Source: Eledone cirrhosa (taxonomy: Eukaryota). From it: a stretch of 64,000 nucleotides of DNA. The position numbers were made by a program, and so were the translations under genes. How positions within the stretch are numbered: the stretch's first letter is position 1; each line of letters starts with the position of its first letter. Location: contig OZ024742.1 in NCBI GenBank assembly GCA_964016885.1, positions 277,822,001 through 277,886,000 of the forward strand. Reading direction: 5' to 3'. Below the pieces are notes generated by a model. It made no database searches and was not told the origin of the DNA. It was given only the letters and a program-made list of their open reading frames with translations. Shown here piece by piece: positions 15,297 through 28,200 of this stretch.

Positions 15297-15614
15297 GGAA
15301 ATACCATCGATAACAAAGTATCTGTAGCTGGTTAAAGTTCAACAATCTGGTTATTAAGGTCAGTATGGTTACTTTGAGAATATCTGGTCAGGGAGTCAAT
15401 GACTGGTTTGCACTTTCTGACAGATTTTTCTTGCAATTTGGCACGCTTTCACTTTGCAGGATCACTTTACTTCGCCAAATTTTCATATTTACTCATCATA
15501 ATGCATTCAAACCGACCCGTATCAATAAACAGTACTCTTTCCTATTAAATGATCTCAACTCACAAATAAATAAGTGTAAGGTTTTATTTTATCACTACAC
15601 TAAATTACTCAACT

Positions 15615-15735
15615 AGGCGGTGAGTGAAGAAAACCGTAAGAGCGTCATATTAAAATGCTTTGTGGTATTTGTTTAGGATTTCTACGCTCTGAGTTCAAAT
15701 CTTGCCGAGGTCAACTTTGCCTTTCATCTTTTTTG
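15615..15735 (+). mobile_element. SINE 5' half (main family)
   Basis: GGCGGTGAG head, GAGTTCAAATC, GAGGTCAACTTTGCCTTTCATC. Confidence 0.7.
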
Positions 15736-16402
15736 GTCAGAGTTTATAAAAGTTGCAGTTGAGAATGGCGGACTTGTATGGCTGGCGAAATTGTTAAAAC
15801 GTTGCACACGAGGCCTTGCGGTATCTCTTTAGTCACCGGTATCAAGTTGTATCTGAGTTTGCTTTTGGAAAGGGGAGACTTCCACAAAGCATTTTGCCTA
15901 GGCATTCACGTTGAAGAGGATCTTTTCAAGTGCAAACATCAGACCAGTCAACTCTCCTCGTCCGACGGGAAGATGTTCTACCCACTTTGGTGTGGATGAG
16001 AGATGTCTTCTCTTGAGAAAATGGGTATAGCTTTCATTATGTAAAATGTCTCAAATTTGCCTGATTTCTCCCCGTTTTGGGGCACTTTTTTCCATGGTAC
16101 GCTCCGTTTGTGCTTTTAGAGGTTGGCAGGTCTGAAACATGTGGTCAACATTGACTGGAAGGGTTCTTAGACATTACTCAACTAAATATCATCCAATGGC
16201 TGACAAATTAATCTTATTTAACTATAGGTGCAACAATGTCTATGTTAAAAAAAATTCAGCTACCACCTCAATTCAATCTCATACACCTTCATACGCTCAC
16301 ATGGACAAACACCTAAAAATAAACCATTCTCCAATCTCGACCAAAATTCCACACACAAACACACATTCTTTCACTCACACACATATAAATGATTTATACA
16401 GG

Positions 16403-16455
<53 letters not shown>

Positions 16456-16460
<5 letters not shown>

Positions 16461-16806
16461 CTCCTGGTCATTCTTCCCTACATGTTTCAGTCCTGGGTGT
16501 CCTTTTACATCGTGGATCAGAGGCCTGGCGCACCACGACTGAACAAAGTCTGATTCACCGCCTTGGGTCCTATTCCCCTCTTGGACTCAACACCTCTCCC
16601 CAATTTCTCTAATACCCCGTCCATTATCACACCCCTAGATTCCTATCGCTTTCTCTTGATCGTTAGCAGCTTCTCTTACAACTAACACATGCCGAGACAC
16701 ACCCTTATTTTAACATACTTTTGCTCATAGCTTCGTACTTACATGCACACACACTCTTTTACTCACATATACACACACATTTCTTCTTAGCTTCGTACGG
16801 ACCTAT

Positions 16807-16896
<90 letters not shown>

Positions 16897-17247
16897 CACA
16901 TGCTTACAGACGTGCTCAAGTATAGCCCTTTTTACAAAACATTTTTTTTCCCATTTCAGGTAGACGCGCTCCATCATCCACTTTTCTAAAAAATAAATCA
17001 TACACAAAACGCCAGCTCCAACAGTTTTCCAAGAGATGTCAACATGAATGAACCTGTTATTTTTATCAAAAGACATTTTTTCCAATTCCATCCCGCCCGT
17101 CCCCCCAATCTATTTTATTTCTCATTCTTTCTTCTGATGAAGGACTAGCGTCCGAAACGTTAAGACCCTCTTCCTGCTATATCAAGCGTTAACTTAATAT
17201 ATGCCTTCCATATACTGTACCGATTGTGTTGTTATTTCTGTTTACCT

Positions 17248-17252
<5 letters not shown>
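16456..17252 (+). mobile_element. 5'-truncated Penelope-like element: GIY-YIG endonuclease C-terminus, 3' region and hammerhead-bearing pseudo-LTR
   Basis: 16456-16612 encodes SPGHSSLHVSVLGVLLHRGSEAWRTTTEQSLIHRLGSYSPLGLN, matching the PLE GIY-YIG end (H..S..GL....R...E..LI..LG...P.GLN). Hammerhead at 17130-17165. Flanked by (TA)n and (ATAC)n. Confidence 0.8.
17130..17165 (+). ncRNA. Minimal type I hammerhead ribozyme
   Basis: TCTT-CTGATGA-a-GGAC-tagc-GTCC-GAAA-CG-TT-AAGA: intact core, 4-bp stem II, stem I TCTT/AAGA, palindromic ACGT in place of stem III. Confidence 0.78.
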
Positions 17253-17279
<27 letters not shown>

Positions 17280-17298
17280 CATACATACATACATACAT

Positions 17299-17350
<52 letters not shown>

Positions 17351-17351
<1 letters not shown>

Positions 17352-17624
17352 AAAAGAGATGAAATCGAAAATGAAACTGGAGTCTTATTTTTAAAAAAAA
17401 TATATATATTTATTTGGTTCCTTTACCGGTTTCGCAGTTCTTCTGCTTTTCAAAAGTAGAGTTGAGATGGAGGGTCTGTGGTTTTTAGAAAAAACACAGA
17501 CCCTCCATCTCAACTCTACTTTTGAAAAGCAGAAGAACTGCGAAACCGGTAAAGGAACCAAATAAATATATATATTTAAAAAAAAAATAAGACTCCAGTT
17601 GCATTTTCGATTTCATCTCTTTTT
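17351..17624. repeat. ~274-bp near-perfect inverted repeat (arms ~130 bp, spacer ~14 nt)
   Basis: 17351-17480 is the reverse complement of 17495-17624, apart from one substitution and homopolymer differences. Confidence 0.93.
17518..17555 (+). ncRNA. Hammerhead-like motif with U3-A8 core variant (mirror copy on the minus strand at 17420-17457)
   Basis: CTT-TTGAAAA-GCAG-aagaa-CTGC-GAAA-CCGG-TA-AAG: perfect stem II, palindromic ACCGGT stem III, GUA cleavage triplet, 3-bp stem I. Confidence 0.55.
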
Positions 17625-17686
17625 CTTTATACTTTCACTCGTGTAGGACACCTCGGTTATTTTTCAATTTAAAAAAAAAACCTCAC

Positions 17687-17739
<53 letters not shown>

Positions 17740-17899
17740 GGTGTGGGTGCGTCGTGTGAATGTATATATGTATATGTGTATAAAAGAGAGGTATATGGAG
17801 AGGCATCTATGGTGTGTATGTATCAGAAACATGCATTAGTCTCACTATGAAAATAGTAAGCTGTGTTCATGTCCCAGCTCTCAGTTGCCATGAAAGGAT

Positions 17900-17941
17900 G
17901 CTAGACACGTGTTTCTAGATTTTTATCCGTCATCAGTGACG
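17900..17941 (-). ncRNA. Degenerate minimal hammerhead
   Basis: Minus strand: CTGATGA-cggataaaaatcta-GAAA-CACGTG-TC. Core and palindromic stem III present; stem I and the stem II closing pair are mismatched. Confidence 0.5.
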
Positions 17942-18574
17942 TTTACCTACTCCATACTAAGTCAAGAATAAGCTATATGTATATATGCCTTTGTCCGCAA
18001 GCAACATTGGCTAAAGATGTTCATTTACATATCGTGCAAATAAAACATGGGTTACTGAGTGACTTCATTACAGCTTAAAATATTCATAGCAAATTAGCAT
18101 CTCTACATGATGTTTTATTTAAACTATATGCATTTGTGCTAAATGCATATGCATTGATATTTACCTCTATTATATACAACACTATGTTAGTGCCACTCTC
18201 AAGTACTCACACACACACACATATATATATATATATACACGCATACATACATACATGCATAGACACATACATTCCTACATACATATATAGATATATATTT
18301 ATATTTATATAGATATATTTATATATAGATACATATACATACATATAGGCATACACGTATATAAATAATAATAACTCCGGCTACTCTAGTATCTTGAATA
18401 TAAATTTGATTGGAAACACGAAACAAACAAATAAATCTGCAATCTATTTCCAGCAAGTTGTGTACAGATACAACTCACTCACACACAGTGCCCACACCTT
18501 CATATGTACACACGCACACACATATAATATATATAAACTCTCCTTCTCACCGCCTCTCCCTCTCATTCCCCCTC

Positions 18575-18614
<40 letters not shown>

Positions 18615-18638
18615 CATATATGTTATATATGATATATG

Positions 18639-18707
<69 letters not shown>

Positions 18708-18729
18708 GAAAGAGGGAGAGTGGGGAGTG

Positions 18730-18892
18730 GTGTAGACATTTCGGTGCTTTAGGCTGGAGTTTTGCATGAACTTTTGCAATCCTCTTCCTCTTTCGCAGAC
18801 GGCGAGACTATGTCTCGTTTCACGTTCGGTTCTAATCGTATTAGAATTATGGACTTAATGCATGCCTGTATATACATACATACATACATACA

Positions 18893-18928
<36 letters not shown>

Positions 18929-19014
18929 TACACATACAAATATACATACATTCATCCATACATATATTGCATGCGTAGATATACATACATACAAGCATAC
19001 ATACAGACATTCGA

Positions 19015-19056
<42 letters not shown>

Positions 19057-19646
19057 TATATATACACAAAGATACGCATATCTATGTATATATCCATACA
19101 TCCCTATATACTATATGAATTATCCGTTAGATCAGCAAACTCTGATACGAGTCAACTAAGATAGATATAACATAATAAATACGACTTTGCTATATATACC
19201 ACCAGAAAAATGTTTCTTGTTAGTTTTATTCTTTTAAATCTACAACCCAACAAAAAACATCTCCCCCCTCTCTCTCTTTATATATATATACTCACACGCG
19301 CGCGCGCGCATACGCACGCGTACAAGTATACCACTTTATACAAAACGTTTTTTTTTTCTATTTCATATAGACGCGCTCTATCATCCACGTTTTAAAAAAA
19401 GTATATCATACACAGAACGTCAGCATCAACAGTTTTCCAAGAGATGGCAACATGTATGGACCTGCTATTTTTCTCTAAAAACGTTTTTCCAATTCCACCC
19501 CGCCCGTCCCTTCATACTTTCTAATTTATCATTCATTCCTAGCTTCCGAAAGGTTAAGACCCTCTTCTTGCTATTTCAAGCATTAACGTAATATATTCCT
19601 TCCATATACTGTACCGATTGTGTTGTTATTTCTGTTTACCATTTAC
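18730..19646 (+). mobile_element. Second, more decayed Penelope-like remnant
   Basis: 19340-19646 aligns with 16930-17252 but lacks the CTGATGA core. 18730-18860 has frameshifted traces of the GIY-YIG end (DISVL..GVLH..RRRR..FGS..YGLN). Confidence 0.55.
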
Positions 19647-19678
19647 ACCCACACACCTACACAAATATTTATATGCAT

Positions 19679-19709
<31 letters not shown>

Positions 19710-20919
19710 ATGAGTATTACACCGGAGTTGCAGCTGCACTGTAGCAGATTTCAATCGAATTATAAGAGGTTGTCACGAAGCACTCAATGAGTGAGGAATT
19801 GATATATTTCGAGCCAGAATGAACACGAAAAGTTAAGGAAATGTGACACCAAGAATAAAGCGACCAGTAGCATGTTGACACGATAATATAACATCGATAT
19901 ATATAAACAGGTCATACGAATTAAGTTGTGTGGTTACAATGAAAATATCATTAAAAAACACGCGGGAGAAATATATGAAACAGGAAACGCCGAAGAGACA
20001 AGCACATGGACAATGGACAATTCTCGCTCATCAGCCATCTTTCTGGGAATCATTATAGGTTCGGATACTTTATGAGACTGGACTATTCACCACCAGTGTA
20101 TCAATAGAAACTACAGAGTTATACATGGATAGCTATACAGGATGAAAACACAACAGACGTTGTAAAAGAAAACCTCGCACAAAACAAAACAAGAAGAAAT
20201 AACAATATACCGCTATGGAACAGGAAAACTGCTACAATCAAAAGCAATACAAATAAAGGCTAGGTAACCGTAGTAGAAATGAAGGCATGAATTAGATTAA
20301 CGCTAGTTCGAGTAGTAAGCCCTAGAACTAATATTAATAGGAGAATGGTGAATATGTCTGGCCAGTTCGGTGTCAAATCCCCCCAAACTGGGACAAAGCC
20401 ATTGAAGAGTAGGGCAATAATTAAGGACTGAGGGAGAGGGGGTAAAAGATAGGTAGATGGATACAAAGGGAAAAATAGTGATAGAAGGACAAAACGGGGT
20501 TTCACATTAAGGTTATTATTGAGATGAGATTCTTGTTTTGCTGGATTAAAATCTCTCATGAGTTGACTGGGACTGGAGTCGGGTCTATAACATGAATATG
20601 GATCCTGAGCCACCAATCTGTGAAACGTTTATAATTGAGCCTAATCAATAAAAACCTCAATGTGAAACCTCGTTTTGTTCTTCTCGGTATATACACTCTA
20701 CTGTAGCATAGAGTGTTAATATTGTTACCTTCCTCAGTAAACCACAAATCTACTGAATAACCTAACACACACAGACCCCCACCCACACACACACACATAC
20801 ACACACGCATATGTATATATACTTTCGGACGGATGGAGGAGATAAAAAGTGTAGCAGCTAACAGAATGTACGTTGGTTCGTATTGTCTCATCAATATTAC
20901 ATGTGTGTGTTAAAGTGTT

Positions 20920-21120
20920 GGATTGGCACAATTTGTAGAGTGTTAAATAAAATGCCATTGTGGTATTTGTTCTGCTTCTTTTCATTTTGAGTTCAAATCC
21001 CACCGAGATCAACTTTGCCTTTCCGGAATGGATAAAATAATGTACCAATCATGTACTGATGTTGATTTAATCAACTTTGCCCATCCCCCAAATTGGTGGC
21101 CTTGTGCCTAAATTAGAAAT
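20920..21120 (+). mobile_element. SINE (main family), degenerate
   Basis: GAGTTCAAATCCCACCGAGATCAACTTTGCC...GGCCTTGTGCCTAAATTAGAAA. Confidence 0.72.
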
Positions 21121-21272
21121 TTCCATTATGTATGTATATATGTGTACATATATATATATATATAATATACTTAGGTTAAATCTATAAATACATAATGTAT
21201 ATCAATTAAGTTACTCAACGTTTCTCAACTAGATATAAGAATGCAGTTTCGGTGTGCAGCTAATATATATAT

Positions 21273-21321
<49 letters not shown>

Positions 21322-21709
21322 TGACAAATGGAACGGGAACAAAACGGAGGCAGTAGGAACAAAGGTTCAAAAGTGTTGTTGTCTGTGTGTGTGTCCTCAT
21401 TTTTGCAAAGTCTATACAATTCCACACATCTACCCCGATTGACTTCAAACTTGCATTTATATATTCCTTGCGGTCTAGGGATATTTTTCAATTTTCTGTT
21501 GTTAAAGGGGTGTTAGGCGCCGGTCATCGATCTTCGTCGAGCCCTTATAATATCTGTCTGTATGTCTGGTTGTCTGCATAACGACATTCTGACGAACACG
21601 TCATTGCTGACGTATTATCTTCGCTACATTCACACACACACATATATATACATATATACTTATATACACACACACACATATATATATATACACATATATA
21701 CATATACAC

Positions 21710-22434
<725 letters not shown>

Positions 22435-22462
22435 CATATATATAAATATACACATAAAAATA

Positions 22463-22552
22463 TGCGTCCTCAACGCCAAGAGATTGACCACTGTCGATGG
22501 GGGCAAGCCCCATTCCTTCGATTCTGGTCAATCTCTTGCCGCTGAGGACGCA
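22463..22552. other. 90-nt imperfect GC-rich hairpin
   Basis: TGCGTCCTCA...CAAGAGATTGACCA pairs with TGGTCAATCTCTTG...TGAGGACGCA; apical TGGGGC-AA-GCCCCA stem. Confidence 0.8.
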
Positions 22553-22721
22553 CAGGCCTATAATTCGTCACAATTCGATGGCCTTTCGCGCTAACTGAAA
22601 CGTGGGATTTTACAATATTTCTGTGTCTACTCTGCACTAAACATGTATTGAGTTCTATACTTATTCATTGTCTTTCTGGTCTTGAACTGTTCCACGCATC
22701 GTATCGTATCTATCTATCTAT

Positions 22722-25156
22722 CTTTCAGCGGCACTTTGCTCAGCTGTTCGAGCAGGGCGGCGCGCCGTGAGTGGCTATGGATTTCAGTCCATACCTCGAC
22801 GGCCTACCGCGACTCTCCGACAGCGAGGCCAAGTCCTGCGAAAGGCCCATTTCAGCCGCTGAGATAGGGGACGCGCTGAGCCAATGCGGCAAACGCAAAT
22901 CTCCACGTCACGAAGGTCTACCCCACGGATTTTACGTAGCAATGCCGGACTTGTTCTCCGGTCTCCTGGAAGCGGTCTACTGCAACTGGCAGCATAACGG
23001 GAGAATTTCCAGTTCTGTGAGCAGGGGCGTAGTAACACTAGTCAGGAAGGACTTGAATAAGGGGGATGACATATGTACCTTCCGGCCCATAACTCTGCTA
23101 AACACAGAGTTAAAGATTTTGGCCAAGGAGTTGGCAAAGAGGCTGGCGTTTGTCGTAAAAAACCTGGTGGGAGAAGCGCAGACATGCGCAATCTCGACCA
23201 GGTCCATACACGACAACCTCCACGTCATGCGATACACTATAGAGAGGGTAGGGTGTAAACCCGGCTTCGGTTGGGACCTGATCAACTTGGATCAGTCTAA
23301 GACATTCGATAGCGTTGACCATCGTTACCTGGATGAGGTGCTCGAGGCAACAGGCTTCGGACCCGTGCTCAGGGGCTGGATTGCTGCAATGCACAACAGC
23401 AACATCTGCTCAAGTGTCAAGGTGAACGGCTACCTCTCGGAGCCGTTCCATATCACGCGATCCATTCGACAGGGATGCCCTCTCTCCTCCCTTCTGAACG
23501 TACTGACTCTCGAGCCACTACTGCGGAAGTTGGAGCTATTACAGGGCATCCTTCTGGAACTGGGACTGCGGAAAGTGGCGTCGGCATACGCTGACGACGT
23601 GACAGTAATACGAAAGGTTCACAGGAGCGAAGCTGAACCGGGACAAGTCCATCGGTTTTCAACTCGGATTGTGGAGAGGCAAACCGATGCCTTCCGATGG
23701 CGTCGTCGGTCGTTGGACGGAAGGACCGGTAAAGTGCTCGGGGTCTGGTTTGGTCCGGACCTCCAGGTGGAGAAGAACTGGAACGAGGTGACGGACAAGG
23801 TGTTTGCATTCACCCAGAAGTGGGCCGAGTGCAAACTATCCTTGAAAGGTCGAGCGGAGGTGGCGAACACTTTTATAGCGTACGTCATCTACTACCGATT
23901 GACTGTCGTGCCTTGTCTTGCCAAAATGCTCACCAAAATGGAGCGCGAGCTCTTCCAATTCCTTTGGAAGAAGCGGGCTCCTTTGGTGAGAAGATCCATC
24001 TGCTGCCACCACCCTTCCAACGGAGGGCTGGGGATGCCGTGGCTGACGATGCGCAAACACGCGCTCAGGCTGCGGCATCTCTACGTATTCCTCACCGGAC
24101 AACCGGTGTGAGCCCCGTTCGTGAGGCGAGCCTTCTCACGACTCGTCTCGCTGACCGAGCTACAGTCCTGGGTCAAGTAAAGACCGAGGAAAATGGGCGA
24201 CTGGCACATCGAATGTGCTCAGGAGCTCACAGCCCTCTGGCAGGCGGACCCGGCGATCAGTGGAGACTCCAATTCGTCATTCTATAGAGGGTTGATCCGC
24301 AGCAAGTGCGACCACGCGCTCGGAGAAGCTCTAGGCGTAGAGGAAGACGAACTGGCCAGTCTGTTCGGTAGGACCTTTCGCCCGGGACCGATGGACAACT
24401 TCCAAAAGTCCCTGGCCTGGCAGTTTTACCGAGGAGCTCTACCAGTTCGAGACAAGCTCTACAGACATGGTCGCCCGGGAAGGGACCCTTCGAAAAAGAT
24501 CTGTCCGAGATGCGTGTGAGACGAAGAAACCGTCGGGCACGCATTCATACACTGCCCGGGCGTTACCGACTTGTGGGGCTATGTAGAACGACTATTTTCG
24601 CAGGTGAGACCAATCCCGTTGACCACCGAGTCCATTCTCATGATCAAACCGCCACCCACCTTCAAAAACGAAGGAGAGGCGGTTTTCCTTTGTGTGATAG
24701 CTATGGCGAAAGAGGTTGTATGCTGGACAAGGTTAAAATGGCTGAGGTCAGACACCTTTCTCTCCGGCCAACAACTGATTCTTTTTTTCAAATACCACTT
24801 TGGAAGAAGAATCAGGATGGAGAGAGAGGTGCTGTACCCCAACAAGTTTTATGAAAGGTGGGTGAAAGTGGCGAGAATGGCCCGAGTGAATGGGCCTTCT
24901 CTCTATATCAGCCTGTTGGTTGAGGAAAAAGAGGAAGAGAGGAAAGGGGTACAAACTCTTCGTACTCCTGGAGATGAGGTTTGCACATTTTTTCGGGGGT
25001 ATTTGTTACCCATATGAAATGTCTCCCCCTATTGGGGAAAATCGATTAACTTTTAAATTGAATTTGTGATAATATTTTACTCGTTTTTATTGTATGTAAA
25101 CTTCCCCCTTTGTATTTGTCCTCTTCTTTTGTGGCCCTGTGGCTTATAAAGAAACA
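22722..25156 (+). mobile_element. Tx1-like (L1 clade) LINE copy A: 5'-truncated, RT + C-terminal CCHC, degenerate
   Basis: FRPITLLN, RQGCPLS, AYADDV, GGLG, CPRC..ETV.HAF.HC; stops and frameshifts; 3' end GCCCTGTGGCTTATAAAGAAA; (ATCT)n on both sides. Confidence 0.92.

Positions 25157-25245
<89 letters not shown>
25157..25245. repeat. (TATC)n spacer between Tx1 copies A and B
   Basis: About 22 perfect TATC units. Confidence 0.97.
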
Positions 25246-28200
25246 CGGAGAATATAGACGTGATTTTGTTTCGCTCCTGCATTTTGTCGGAATTTATTAC
25301 GAGAAGCGGTAGGTCTGTTTAAGTAATTCGTTATTTGTTGTGTTTAACCGCTCGCCTGGGCCTGCAGACGTTGGGTAAAATAAATTTCGCCCCTTTCTGG
25401 GGCGAAATTTAATAGTTAGAAGTTGTCGATAAAAAAACGTTTGGTGACAATGGACGCCATTAATACGACGCATGCCACGCCCCCCAAGGAAAGTGATAGA
25501 GAGAAGGTAACAGCACAACGCTGTAAGCCTTCCCTCCTCAGTCCCGCAAAGGACACCACGGAATCAAAAGAAAAAATTGTGGAAATGGGTGAAAACCCCA
25601 AAAGTAACAATTTACACAAATAAGAACAACAATGACAATAACAATACAACCAACAACAGCAATAATGACAACACCAACAAAGGAAAAAAGCAGGCCAACA
25701 CGAATAACAACAACAACAATGATAACAACACGAAAGAAAACGGACCCACAGCTGCAGTCTCCTTCGCACAAGCGGTCCGAGAAACGCAGACATACAAGGC
25801 ACTGGACATCTTGAATGCCAAGAAATTGCTGAAAGAAGCAAGGAATTGTGTTACTTTCGGGGAAGGTGGGGAATTCACAATTACCTCCCCCGAAGAAATC
25901 AGAAGGGACACGGTCGGTCCTCAGGACTGTAATTTTTAGGACAGTTTCGAACACGACTAGGAAACCGGCTCATTTGTCCCAAAGCGAAATTGAGCTGGTC
26001 CTAAGTAGTGCCTGGAAGGATATCGCTTTCATACAGAAAGGGAAACTGTATGGAAGCATATCTGTTTTAATGCAAGATGAATTGGCGCCACGGAAATATT
26101 CTGTGTCGCCAATTGTATCCAAAGCATACACCTTTTTCCTCACATATTTGGGGAAAAGAACTCAAAAGATAAGAATCTCGGGCATCAAGCCAAATGCGAG
26201 CACTTGGGTGCTAACGGGATTCTTAGAAGATAAGGACACAATACTTTCGATAGGCGAATCCACCGGGGCCGTATTCGGCGGCAATAACCTTGAAGTTCTG
26301 GTCAAAATGAGACCAGAACGGATAGCAAGAATACCGCAGCGTGTGTCCCTGGATGGAGTCGCCTTCATAAACATTTCTGTTGAGGGCAGGCGGCCTTCAT
26401 GCTACCACTGCTCAAGAAGTGGTGACCTGAGGGCTTCCTGTCCTCTTTTAAATGCCACGCTCCCCAAAAGATGCTTCCGCCCACCCCACACAGAAAAACA
26501 CAACCACCACCACCACCATCACCACCACCACAACAACACCACAACAACAACAACACAAGACACTGTCTCACCCAACCCCTCCCCACCTAAAACAAATACA
26601 AAAGTAACCACAACAAAAACACCAATATACCCCTCCCCAACAACACCTACGAGGACCCCTTATCAACGTCAGCCAGTGACGACGAGGGAGAACCCTTTCA
26701 GCCTGTAAAAAGAAAGAAAAGAAGGCACCACATTAACAAAAATGCAACAAACACACAACCACCAGCACAAACAGAACAAACATCGCAAACAAAAATACCC
26801 ACGCCTCCCGAAAACATAACACATACTACAAAACGCAAACACAAACAAGAACAACAAACAAAAACAAACACAACACAACAAAAACAGTATACATACACCA
26901 ACACAAACAACAAAACACTTGTGCAAACAATAGACAAAGACCCTTCGGTGGAAACCGAAGGGAATATGTTAACCAACGCGGCGACTAAACCGCATTTAAA
27001 AATGGTTAGGGTCCCAAGGGACACCTACGCAATGCTCAAACAGAACTTTCCCGAGGACGTGGGGAACCCCTGTACTAGACCTACCAACCGCGTCCTCTTG
27101 AAATGTTTTTGAAATAGATTTTCTGACTGTGCTACTGTGGACGTGGACTAATCATAGCGGAACATCTAGGTTGTACCTAGATAGGTTCCTAGTTAGAAAT
27201 AAGGATAGGGACATATTAAGCTGTCCACGAATGTTCATGGTTGACTATTCGGATCACAAGTTGGTGACCGGAATGATCAACCTTGATAGAATCCATAGAC
27301 AAGGACCTGGTTACTGGAAGCTAAACTTGTCCTTACCGACAAACAAAGCTTACAGTAAGCGGATTAGCACTCTAGTTAAGCAGCGGTTGACGGGGGCAAT
27401 TGTCAACAGCAGGTGGAGGGGCTCTCTCAAGAGAGAAATTAGAATAGAATTGATAGGTTTTAATCAGGAATTAGCATAATATAGGACTAGAACTGAAAGG
27501 CAATTGATAGATAGAGTAGAAGAGGCGATTAGGATGGGAAACGTGGCCGGCGTGCTGGCGTCAAGAACGGCCCTAGACCAGTTCTTTGATGCGAAGCACG
27601 AGGGCTGTGTTGTCAGGAGTAAAATACGTGCTCTGGGTAACGAGAGAGTCAAAGCTGTTAGCTGGGCCCGAGTGACAGAGGCAAAAAGTGGAAACAAGTC
27701 CAAGATTCGGTCTTTGAAGGACCAGGATGGACACGTGATCCTTAGACCTGAGCGGATGTGCGATGCCTTTCAACGGCGCTTTGCACGACTGTTCGGGAGG
27801 AGCAGCGGGCCCGGTGAGGCCATGGATTTCGGTCCATACCTCGACGGTCTGCCGCGGCTCTCGAACGGGGAGGCTAAGTCCTGCGAAAGGCCGATTTCAG
27901 CCGCTGAAATAGGGGAAGCGCTGAGCCTATGCGGCAAACGCAAATCTCCCGGTCTCGATGGTCTACCATACCAACTTTATGTAGCGATGCCGGACTTGTT
28001 CTCCCATATCCTCGAGGCGGTCTACTGCAACTGGCAACAGAACGGAAGAATTGCCAGTTCTGTGACCAAGGGCATAGTCACGCTGGTGAGGAAGGACGAG
28101 AACAAGGGGGATGACATAGATAACTTCAGGCCCATAACACTGCTAAACACAGAGTTAAAGATTTTGGCCAAGGTGTTAGCAAAGAGGTTGGCGCTTGTCG

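Noticed and set aside
16100-16134. hAT-like terminus (CAGACCTGCCAAC on the minus strand)
   Set aside because: No partner TIR or target duplication found in the window.
22771-24111. Bacterial-type RT system (retron, group II intron, DGR)
   Set aside because: RT motifs, APE domain, CCHC end and ORF1 knuckle all match eukaryotic L1/Tx1 LINEs.
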